Shown here piece after piece: positions 56,187 to 64,000 of a stretch of DNA of 64,000 bases. The stretch is taken from NCBI GenBank assembly GCA_963719495.1, contig CAVRCI010000002.1:160001-224000 (forward strand), in the 5' to 3' direction. The stretch is from an uncultured Verrucomicrobiae bacterium. GTDB taxonomy: Bacteria > Verrucomicrobiota > Verrucomicrobiia > Chthoniobacterales > JAATET01. The notes below the pieces were generated by a model. It was given only the letters and a program-made list of their open reading frames with translations. It was not told where the DNA came from and did not search any database. The position numbers were made by a program, and so were the translations under genes. Every line of letters starts with the position of its first letter. Position 1 is the stretch's first letter.

Positions 56187-58694
56187 TTAGAGGCTAGGAA
56201 GGGACAGAGGGTCGCCCGAGATGATCTCGGATCCGAGGGCATCGGGATCGGGCGCGGCGATAATTTCGTCCTCTTCGTCGGTGCGCAGGAGCGGTTGCCC
56301 GGCCGGATCGAGGAGCTGCGCCGTCACGAACATCACGAGATTGCGCTTGATGTGCTGGTCGGCTGACGAGCGGAACAGCCGCCCGATGAGCGGGATGTCA
56401 CCGATGATCGGGGTCTTGTCTTCGACCTTCTGGATGTCTTCCCGCATCAGACCGCCGAGGACGACCGTCTGACCATCGTAGACCGTGACCTGCGTCGTGA
56501 CTTGCCGGACACTGAAGATCGGCTGATTGATCACGTTTTCCGAGAGAACGAGGGGGACCGAGGGGCCGAGGAATGTCGTGAACGCGGTTTCAGTCAGGGT
56601 GCTTCCGATGACACTTTGCGCGACGGTGCCGATTGGGCTGCCGTAGTTGATGAAGCCGTCGAATTCGGTGACACGCGGCGAGAGGTTCAAGTCGATCGTG
56701 AAGCCATCGGGGCCGACGGTTGGCTCGACCTCGAGCTCGATCCCGATATTCCGGGTTTCGAACTGCGACGGCGTGGTCGGCGTGAAGACAGCGTTGTTTG
56801 CCGAAGCGGTCTGTGGGATCTGCGGTGGATCGAATTGAACGGGGTAGCGGAACTCGCGAACGAGCTGGATCGTGGCCCGCTGACCGCTTTTGGTCGTAAC
56901 TTTCGGGGCTGAGAGGAGGTCGATGCCCTTCTGCTGATCGAGGGCGCGCAGGACGACCTGGAACTGAGGGTTGGAAAAAACGCCCGCAAGAGCGAGGACG
57001 CCGGGTGCGGGTCCGGCGGGTCCGGCGAACAACAGTCCATCGATGGCGTTCGCGCTGATCGCGGTCGAGCCGCTCCGGTTGCCGGACGTCAGCGGTCCCG
57101 AGGTTGCCGAAGTTGCGCCGATCGGAAGCCCCGTTCCGGGTGCGGTGATGGGGAAGTCCCCGGACGAGATCTCACTGGTCCCGCCGGACGTTCCTCCTCC
57201 GCCGTACACGCCCGTTCCGAATGGGAGACCGAACTGACCGAGCAACCAGTCGAAACCGAGTTCCTTGAGGTTGTTCTGGGTGATTTCGATGAAGCGGGAT
57301 TCGATTTCGACCTGACTCGGGACGACCGTGGCGTCGAAGTCGACGAGTTGGTCGACGAGATCGAGATTCGGTTGGGTGTTGCGAACGATCAGGCGGCTGC
57401 TGCTGGCGAGGTAGTTGGCGCTGGCACCCTCCGGGAACTCGACGCCCTGGGCTTCGAGAAATTCGCGAGCGCCGGAGCGAGCAACCGTGGGCGAGTCGGC
57501 GGCGGCGCCGAAGCCTCCGCCGAATCCGCCGCCGGCGTCGCCACCCGCGGCTGGGGCGTTCGAGATGAAGCCGGGTGGGACCTTGTATTCCTTGGTGATG
57601 AGGACGTCGGTGCGCTCGCTGAGCGGAACCACGGCGACCGCGTAGGGCTCGACCTTCGTCTTTAGGCTGGCGGCGGTGGCAATGTAATTGAGCGCTTCGC
57701 GAAGGGGAACGTCGGTGAGCGAGAGGGTGATCCGCTGGCCGGAATCCGCACTGGCGGCGTCGAGCTTGAGCACGATGTTGATGCCGCGCTTGTTGGGGTC
57801 CGATTCTTCGGTGTCGAGGTCACGCGAGCGTTGCTTGATGAAGTCGAGAGCTTCGCGGACGGTGGCTTCGCGGAAGTTGATGCTGGGAATGCGGATGGTA
57901 TCCAGCTTCCGGTTGATGGCGCTCGTGCCGCGAGCGTCGATGATGGGTTGTTCGATGATTTGATTCGGGCCGTCGTCGTATTTGGTGACGGGTAGCTCCC
58001 AACCGCCCGATACGTCGCTGAGGAGCTCGCCGCGGGTGGTGTTGTAGGCGTTCTCGCCGTAGTTCTGCCGGGCGTTGTTAATCTTCTCCTGAAGTCGGCG
58101 GGCAGCGATGTTGTATTTGTCGACGTTGAGAACTTGATCGCAGCGTTTGAAAGCGAGGTCGAAGCGTCCGCTCTGGAAGAAGCCATCGGCTTCGCGCAGC
58201 AGTTGCTTGACGAGTTCGACGTCGGCCACGAACCCCGGGGTGATTGTCTTGTTGTAGCGGTCGGGCGCTTCCAGCTTGGCCAGCAAATCGAGCGCCGGTC
58301 CGTAGTTTGCGTCATAACGCTCGTCGAGGACGACGCGAACCGTCGTTTCCGCGTCTTCGTAGCGCCCTTCGGAGATGCGCTGTTCGGTGAGTTGAATCAC
58401 GGATCGCTTGAAGCCGTCCATCGCGGTTTCGCGAATCTCGAGGGTTGCTTCTCCGCCAGCGGGCAGGGCATCGACGGCTGTCTTGAAAAACGCGAACGCC
58501 GACTCGTAATCGTTGTTCATCAACGCCTCGGTGCCCTTGTTGAGAGCGTTTTGAGCGAAGTCCTGAGTCATCTCGCGACGACGAATCTCGCGTTCAGCGG
58601 CTCCCTGGACTCCCGACGTCTGAGCGGGTGCGGGAGCGATGAGAGCGAGGAGGAAAGCGGTTGCTCCGGTTACGATGAGGGATTTTCTAAGCAT
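56187..58694 (-). CDS. Secretin-family outer membrane protein (Amuc_1098-like), paralog 1
   Basis: Same architecture and motifs as 53570-56167. Confidence 0.9.
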   Translation of the reverse strand: MLRKSLIVTGATAFLLALIAPAPAQTSGVQGAAEREIRRREMTQDFAQNALNKGTEALMNNDYESAFAFFKTAVDALPAGGEATLEIRETAMDGFKRSVIQLTEQRISEGRYEDAETTVRVVLDERYDANYGPALDLLAKLEAPDRYNKTITPGFVADVELVKQLLREADGFFQSGRFDLAFKRCDQVLNVDKYNIAARRLQEKINNARQNYGENAYNTTRGELLSDVSGGWELPVTKYDDGPNQIIEQPIIDARGTSAINRKLDTIRIPSINFREATVREALDFIKQRSRDLDTEESDPNKRGINIVLKLDAASADSGQRITLSLTDVPLREALNYIATAASLKTKVEPYAVAVVPLSERTDVLITKEYKVPPGFISNAPAAGGDAGGGFGGGFGAAADSPTVARSGAREFLEAQGVEFPEGASANYLASSSRLIVRNTQPNLDLVDQLVDFDATVVPSQVEIESRFIEITQNNLKELGFDWLLGQFGLPFGTGVYGGGGTSGGTSEISSGDFPITAPGTGLPIGATSATSGPLTSGNRSGSTAISANAIDGLLFAGPAGPAPGVLALAGVFSNPQFQVVLRALDQQKGIDLLSAPKVTTKSGQRATIQLVREFRYPVQFDPPQIPQTASANNAVFTPTTPSQFETRNIGIELEVEPTVGPDGFTIDLNLSPRVTEFDGFINYGSPIGTVAQSVIGSTLTETAFTTFLGPSVPLVLSENVINQPIFSVRQVTTQVTVYDGQTVVLGGLMREDIQKVEDKTPIIGDIPLIGRLFRSSADQHIKRNLVMFVTAQLLDPAGQPLLRTDEEDEIIAAPDPDALGSEIISGDPLSLPSL

Positions 58695-58781
58695 GGTCAG
58701 GGCAGTCGGCGGGGTGGAAAATGAAAGGGTCTCGGCGAACTCGAATTCGGTCTTAATCAGAGGCGGAAGGTGCCGGGCGGA

Positions 58782-59723
58782 TCAGAGTTTCAAGGCGGGC
58801 ACCTTGATTTCTTCCCCGGAGGCGCGTTGTATTAGTGCTTCGGAGTCGCTTATGTCAATGAGTTTGTATTTGACATCCGGCTCGGGCGCTACCGAGAAGG
58901 TTTCGTTCTTCATCACCTTGGTTTCCGAGCCGTCCCAGAGGTATTGGAAAAGCGCGAATCCGGTCGGGTAGTTGACTTCCTGGTCGTAAACCAGAACGAT
59001 TTTCTCGCCGGTTTCCTGATTTTGGACGGTGAGCTCCGAGACGTCGACGGTGAGTCCGCTGTCCCTGGTCTCGGATTTTTGCTCGTAGTTCATCACCTTG
59101 TAAGCGGTGCCGGCGACTGCGTCGCCGAGCTTGAGGAACTGAGTGGGGGATTGCAGGTCCCGGGTGTTGATCGTGAAGGTTTCGCCGTTGTCCGGGCTGC
59201 CGCTGAACTTGAGGCGAAACGGGATCTGGATGAATTCCTTGAGACGCAGTTTGGTGATGTAGGGGGGCTCGGAGGCGGCACTGGTCGGGTCGGTGTTTGC
59301 CTCGAACTCTTCGATGTTCGAGAATTTGTCGTTATCCGGATCGCGTTGGAGGATGTCGCCCAGAGAATAATCGAGGTCGTATTTCACGAGCCACTCGTTG
59401 GGGACCGGCGGGTGCAGTGGCTTGCTGTCCTTGCTGAGCGGATTCTCCGGTTTTCCATCGACGATGACGTAAGGTTTGGAGACGAAGAGAGATCCCTCGC
59501 TGGGAGTCCATTCAGCTGGCGATTTCAAGGATTCGATCTGGGTCTGAACCAAGTTGCTGTCCGGTCGGTCGAAGTCCGCGGAAGGCGGTTTGCGGCTATC
59601 GCGTTCGTCGAAGATATCGTTGAACGAGAGCGAGCTGAGAACGATGATCGCCGCGCAGGCGATGATGAGAAGACCGAGGACCGCCAGAATGACGCGGTCG
59701 TAGTGCTTTTTGAGCCAATCCAT
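58782..59723 (-). CDS. Amuc_1099-like pilus system protein
   Basis: M.W....Y N-terminal anchor, D.D.D.FSN.EE...TDP motif, gene order. Confidence 0.75.
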   Translation of the reverse strand: MDWLKKHYDRVILAVLGLLIIACAAIIVLSSLSFNDIFDERDSRKPPSADFDRPDSNLVQTQIESLKSPAEWTPSEGSLFVSKPYVIVDGKPENPLSKDSKPLHPPVPNEWLVKYDLDYSLGDILQRDPDNDKFSNIEEFEANTDPTSAASEPPYITKLRLKEFIQIPFRLKFSGSPDNGETFTINTRDLQSPTQFLKLGDAVAGTAYKVMNYEQKSETRDSGLTVDVSELTVQNQETGEKIVLVYDQEVNYPTGFALFQYLWDGSETKVMKNETFSVAPEPDVKYKLIDISDSEALIQRASGEEIKVPALKL

Positions 59724-59749
59724 GTGGAATTAAGGGCAGGTCCGGAAAA

Positions 59750-60682
59750 CTAGGGTTGAGCAGTCGCCGAGGCGACTGGTTCCGGCGGGGTGAAGGTGAC
59801 CATCTCGATGAGAGCGGCGACGGTCAGTTTCTCCCGACCGACGATGACCTTGAGGCTCCCGGGCGCATCGGGAGTCCCGGTGACGCTCGGGTCGGCGGAG
59901 AAGGCGGAATCGGCGAATTCTTCGGTCCGACTAGGGCCTTCGAGTTGACTGTTGACCACGGTGAGATTGCGGATGATGAAAAATTGCTCGCTGCTCGCGA
60001 CGGCATTCAGGATCTGGCGGACCCGGCCTTGTTCGGCGACAAAGATCAACTCGAACGGGGCTTTGGTCATGATCGCGGGAGCCTCCGCATCCTTGGCGTT
60101 GCCTGCGCGATTGTTGTTCGGCCGCGGTGTCGGCGGACGACCGGACTCTTCGCTGAGCTCCGTCCGGTTGACGGCGGAGATCGAAGTCGCACGGAATTCG
60201 ATCAGACGGTCGACCAGAATTTTGATCGCGGCCAACTGACGGGCGAGAGGGCCGGCGGCACGGTCGTTCGGGAGAGTTCCCTGATACTTGCCGAAGCCCA
60301 TGTAGAAGTTCTCCGGCAGCTCGACGTTCCGGGCTTGGGCGGCTGCTTCGATTTCGGAGACGACGGCTCTCAGACGATCCTGAAACGCTTGCGGAGTAAT
60401 GTTTTCGTAGGGGAGCTGGGTTTCGGCCAGGTGCTCGAGGAAGGCGTCGGATTCCTTCGAGTAGTCTTCGAGCGAAGCGGTGAAGGCGTCGTTGTTGGCT
60501 GCGTTCGGGAATGGAGTCCGATTCTGAAGCTGCTGGAGCTTGCCGACCTGGGTGTCGTAAAGCTCGGAGACGGCGGCATATTTGCCGTAGGCGACGTTCA
60601 GAAAGTAGCCGAGCGCGCCCGCGACCAGAATGACGACGACGAGAAAGGCGGTGAGGAAGGGATTGTTTTTGACCCAGTTCAT
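59750..60682 (-). CDS. Amuc_1100-like pilus protein
   Basis: MNW...N.FL anchor, coiled coil, FY.GF..Y....P...A..L..QL; gene order. Confidence 0.78.
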   Translation of the reverse strand: MNWVKNNPFLTAFLVVVILVAGALGYFLNVAYGKYAAVSELYDTQVGKLQQLQNRTPFPNAANNDAFTASLEDYSKESDAFLEHLAETQLPYENITPQAFQDRLRAVVSEIEAAAQARNVELPENFYMGFGKYQGTLPNDRAAGPLARQLAAIKILVDRLIEFRATSISAVNRTELSEESGRPPTPRPNNNRAGNAKDAEAPAIMTKAPFELIFVAEQGRVRQILNAVASSEQFFIIRNLTVVNSQLEGPSRTEEFADSAFSADPSVTGTPDAPGSLKVIVGREKLTVAALIEMVTFTPPEPVASATAQP

Positions 60683-62430
60683 GGGAGGAGGATCGGATTT
60701 TTTAGCGGGAGGACGACTTGGTAGGAATAAGCCCACGTCTTGTCGTCCTGGGTGCTGCGCTTCGTGACGATTTTTGCGTTGTCGCCCGCGTTCACGTTGA
60801 AGATGTCGGACGACACGAGGTTCCCGACGAAGTCATCGATCACTTTGGCCTGGGCGGGGTTGTCGAGGTAGAGTCCATCGATTCGCAGGGCGTCGATGGC
60901 GGGCGCCGTCGCTTGATCAGCACCACCAGGTGCTTGGGGGGCCGAGGGCTGGATGCGGCTTCTGTCGGCTTCCGAGGCGCCGATCGTGATCGGGTTGTTG
61001 TTCGACAGTGGGGTGATTTGAGTCACCCAGATGAAATCGGCAGGAAGTTTTTGCCCGAGGTCGTTGATGATCGCCAGCCAAGCCTGGCGCTCGGCGACGG
61101 CGGTGAGGAGGGGTGCGGTGAGCGCCTCGAGCTTCTTCTTCTCGGCAGCGGCCCGGTCGAACGCGGCTGCGAACGTCTGAAGTTTGTTCGTTTCGGCCGT
61201 GACTTCGTCGAGAACCTGACTTTTGACCGTTGCAGCCTGAGTGAAGTAGACGATCCACATCGCGATCGCGAGAAAGACACAGAGAGCAGCGGCGACGAGG
61301 TAGGGTTTGCGACGGTCGAGATCGTGGGCTCGGATGACGGTCGGGGGACGAAGGTTGATCTCGACCGGACAATTGCCGAGCTGGCGGGCCGCCAGGCCAA
61401 CGATTTCGCCGAGAGCCGGGGCACTCTTGGACAACTCGGCCTGATCGACGGATGCGGCGACGGCGACGTTGCGGAATGGGTTGAAGAATTCGACGGGCAT
61501 CTGCATCTTCTCGGCGAAGAATTCGAGCATGTAGGGCATCGCGACGGTGCCGCCGGCGAGGTAGGCCCGGACGGGCTGGTTGCCGCGTTGATTGGCCCGG
61601 TAGAAGCTGATGGAGCGGGCAAGCTCGGCGTGCAAACGGGTCATCGTCGTGCGGGCGAGCTTCGCGATGCGGCTGGCAACGGGATCTTCGGGGTCGGCGT
61701 AGGAACCGCCGAGTCCGACGAGGCCCTTCTGGCGTTTAAGCGATTCGGCGCGTTCGACGAGCTCTTCGAGTTCTTTGGCGATCGCGACGCTGATGGTGTT
61801 TCCGCCAATCGGAATGCTGCGGCTGTAGGCCTTGTTTCCGTCGATGAAGATGAGGTTGGTCGTGCGGGCTCCGATGTCGATGAGGATCGAGCAGCCGGCC
61901 TGATCGCCGTAGTTGTAGCGAAAGGCGTTGTAGAGCGCCATGGGGGCGACGTCGATGACGCGGGGCGAGAAGCCGGCGCCTTCCACGGAAGCGTTCACTT
62001 CCTCGAGCGTGTCGGTCTTGATGGCGAGCAGGGCAACGTTGAGTTTGCCCTCTTCGGCCTCGCCCAGGGCTTGGTAATCCCAGACCACTTCGTCGATGGG
62101 GAAGGGGATGTTCTGCTGGGCTTCGAAGGCGATGATCTGATCGAGCTCGTGGGGCGTGGAGCCGGGGAGCGAGAGGTAGCGGGCGAAAACGGCTTGCGAG
62201 GGGAGTGAGTAACTGACGGGACCGGGCTTGCCCTTGGCGCTCTGGCGGAGCTGCTCGATGGCGACTTTGAGCTGACCGGATCGGGTGGCGTCGGCGCCCG
62301 GGTCGGCCATCAATTCGGTGGATTCGAAATTGAGGAGGGTGAGGGATCCGTCGGGTGAGACCTGGAATTCACCCAGGGTCACCGTCTGCATGCCCAGATT
62401 CAGGACACGGGTGCGGTTCGTTGCGGCCAT
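60679..62430 (-). CDS. PilM(/PilN)-like assembly protein (Amuc_1101-like)
   Basis: Actin-like fold motifs FEAQQNIPFP..EV.WDY, IDIGA.TT, GG, then INL.P plus TM and coiled coil. Confidence 0.88.
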   Translation of the reverse strand: MAATNRTRVLNLGMQTVTLGEFQVSPDGSLTLLNFESTELMADPGADATRSGQLKVAIEQLRQSAKGKPGPVSYSLPSQAVFARYLSLPGSTPHELDQIIAFEAQQNIPFPIDEVVWDYQALGEAEEGKLNVALLAIKTDTLEEVNASVEGAGFSPRVIDVAPMALYNAFRYNYGDQAGCSILIDIGARTTNLIFIDGNKAYSRSIPIGGNTISVAIAKELEELVERAESLKRQKGLVGLGGSYADPEDPVASRIAKLARTTMTRLHAELARSISFYRANQRGNQPVRAYLAGGTVAMPYMLEFFAEKMQMPVEFFNPFRNVAVAASVDQAELSKSAPALGEIVGLAARQLGNCPVEINLRPPTVIRAHDLDRRKPYLVAAALCVFLAIAMWIVYFTQAATVKSQVLDEVTAETNKLQTFAAAFDRAAAEKKKLEALTAPLLTAVAERQAWLAIINDLGQKLPADFIWVTQITPLSNNNPITIGASEADRSRIQPSAPQAPGGADQATAPAIDALRIDGLYLDNPAQAKVIDDFVGNLVSSDIFNVNAGDNAKIVTKRSTQDDKTWAYSYQVVLPLKNPILLP

Positions 62431-62474
62431 CGAATTTGGAATAGAAGCGAAGTGGGTCGGTGGCTGGGAATGGG

Positions 62475-63095
62475 TCAGCGCGCCGGGGCCGCCTTCAGCG
62501 CTTCGTAGTAGTCCCAGAACAGGGGGGCGAAGGGAGTCTCGTCCTTACTCAGAACGTAGCCCGGGGTTTGCTGGAATTGATTCCACCACTGAGGTTTGCC
62601 CTTGCCGGCACCGATGCTCTGTTCGGCGACGATCTGACCCTGGCGGGAAATCGTGATGCCGACGGCTTGAGTGGCCTGCGCCTTGGAGGGTGTCTTGCCC
62701 TCGAAGAAGCGTTGGAGCGTCCGCGGGCTGACGAATGCGACCGAGTGCAGCTCTTTCCCGGGAGGAATGGCGACGTGGGTGACGGTGCCGACGAGGAGCG
62801 TCCCGGCGGGATTCTCCCGGCTCTTGTTGTCGAGCAGGATGTAGTAATTGAGGGTGAGTTCGTCGAGGAAGGGATCGGCGTTGCGCTCTCGGGGTTCGTA
62901 GGCGAACTCGGTTTCGACCATCATCCAATCCTGGCTATTGGCCTTCCGCTGCGGGCCAATCGTGAGATTGTAGACCGGAGTCGGCTCCAACGAGATGTCG
63001 ATATTCTGGACGGCAAAACCTGTGTTTTGGGCTTGGCCGAGGGGGGCAATCGAGAGGGCGAGTAGAACGAGGAAGGATCGGGAGGAAAGCTTCAT
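62475..63095 (-). CDS. Amuc_1102-like secreted pilus-associated protein
   Basis: Signal peptide; C-terminal TPFAPL.WD.YE; first gene of the cluster. Confidence 0.72.
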   Translation of the reverse strand: MKLSSRSFLVLLALSIAPLGQAQNTGFAVQNIDISLEPTPVYNLTIGPQRKANSQDWMMVETEFAYEPRERNADPFLDELTLNYYILLDNKSRENPAGTLLVGTVTHVAIPPGKELHSVAFVSPRTLQRFFEGKTPSKAQATQAVGITISRQGQIVAEQSIGAGKGKPQWWNQFQQTPGYVLSKDETPFAPLFWDYYEALKAAPAR

Positions 63096-63211
63096 TTTCG
63101 ACGATGAAATCAGTGGTTGAGAGGGTTGGTAGGGGTCGACGGACGGATCGTAGACAGCGGAATCGGGGACGTAAACCTGTTTGTGAAAACTCTTTTGCGT
63201 TTCAGGAAAAA

Positions 63212-64000
63212 TCAGACCTTGTCGCGGAAAAACTCGATGGTCTCGGTGATTCCGGTCTCGAACTCGACCTTGGGTTCCCAATCGAGGAGGCGCTTGGCGA
63301 GGCCGATGTTCGGCTGGCGCACCTTCGGGTCGTCGACGGGGAGCGGTTTGAAGTCGAGCTTGGAGGCCGAGCCGGTGATCCGGATGATCTCCTCGGCGAA
63401 TTGCTTGATGGTCATCTCGCCCGGATTGCCGATGTTCACGGGTTCGTGGTAATCGCTCATCATGAGGCGGTAGATGCCGTCGATGAGGTCGGAGACGAAG
63501 CAAAAGCTGCGGGTCTGGGAGCCGTCGCCAAAAATGGAGAGCGGCTCGCCGCGCAGGGCCTGGCCGATGAAGGCGGGGACGACGCGCCCGTCACGGAGAC
63601 GCATGCGGGGGCCGTAGGTGTTGAAGATGCGGATGATCTTCGTGTCCATGTTGTGGAAGCGGTGGTAGGCCATCGTCATGGCTTCGGCGAAGCGTTTCGC
63701 CTCGTCGTAGACGCCGCGAGGACCGATCGGGTTCACGTTGCCCCAGTAGTCTTCGGTCTGCGGATGGACGAGCGGGTCGCCGTAGCACTCGGAGGTCGAA
63801 GCGAGGAAAAACGAGGCCCCCTTGTCCTTGGCGAGGCCGAGGGCGTTGTGGGTGCCGAGCGAGCCGACCTTGAGCGTGGGGATGGGAAGCTCAAGGTAAT
63901 CGATCGGGCTGGCGGGGCTGGCGAAGTGCCAGACGAAGTCCACCTCGCCGGGAACGAAGATGTATTCCGTGACGTTGTGCTCGATGAATTTGAAATCGGG
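63212..64000 (-). CDS. UDP-glucuronate decarboxylase-family NAD-dependent epimerase (5' end outside the window)
   Basis: [35 protein letters not shown]. Confidence 0.95.
   Translation of the reverse strand, partial: PDFKFIEHNVTEYIFVPGEVDFVWHFASPASPIDYLELPIPTLKVGSLGTHNALGLAKDKGASFFLASTSECYGDPLVHPQTEDYWGNVNPIGPRGVYDEAKRFAEAMTMAYHRFHNMDTKIIRIFNTYGPRMRLRDGRVVPAFIGQALRGEPLSIFGDGSQTRSFCFVSDLIDGIYRLMMSDYHEPVNIGNPGEMTIKQFAEEIIRITGSASKLDFKPLPVDDPKVRQPNIGLAKRLLDWEPKVEFETGITETIEFFRDKV

Noticed and set aside
19214..62208. Long antisense or alternate-frame ORFs (e.g. most of 25531-27924, 31724-33466, 37912-40104, 54347-56041)
   Set aside because: Shadow ORFs of high-GC genes with biased composition and no motifs; only the last 117 aa of 25531-27924 is a real cupin

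Overview
Bacterial chromosome segment, most likely Verrucomicrobia (inferred from an Amuc_1098-1102-type pilus cluster). Positions 1-15.5 kb hold a sedentary chromosomal integron cassette array on the minus strand: 28 attC sites of 126-129 bp, 28 complete cassettes, a truncated 29th, and attI near 15490. It is served by a divergently oriented, unusually long integron integrase (15745-17352). Thirteen of the 28 cassettes have no convincing gene and fall into repeated families: family X has 7 copies, all exactly 465 bp, with their own attC variant; family Y has 3 copies; family Z has 2 copies; W is a single cassette related to Z. The coding cassettes include three toxin-antitoxin pairs with their own leaderless promoters, a SeqA C-terminal-like protein, a SurA-N-like protein, several secreted or membrane proteins, and three pseudogenes. 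Directly after intI is a ~1.7 kb tandem array of ~280-bp units built from REP-like hairpins that also occur between, and inside, nearby genes. The rest is housekeeping DNA: a heterodimeric ABC exporter, cardiolipin synthase, cupin, SDR, polyprenyl synthase, an acyltransferase/GT2/deacetylase cluster, aspS, hisS, rnr, tRNA-Gly, hemB, priA, lpxD, an atypical rho, coaE, a pilus cluster with two secretins, and UDP-glucuronate decarboxylase. An extreme G/T strand skew over ~15.5-45.1 kb ends abruptly. All family assignments come from motif recognition by eye; no database searches were run.
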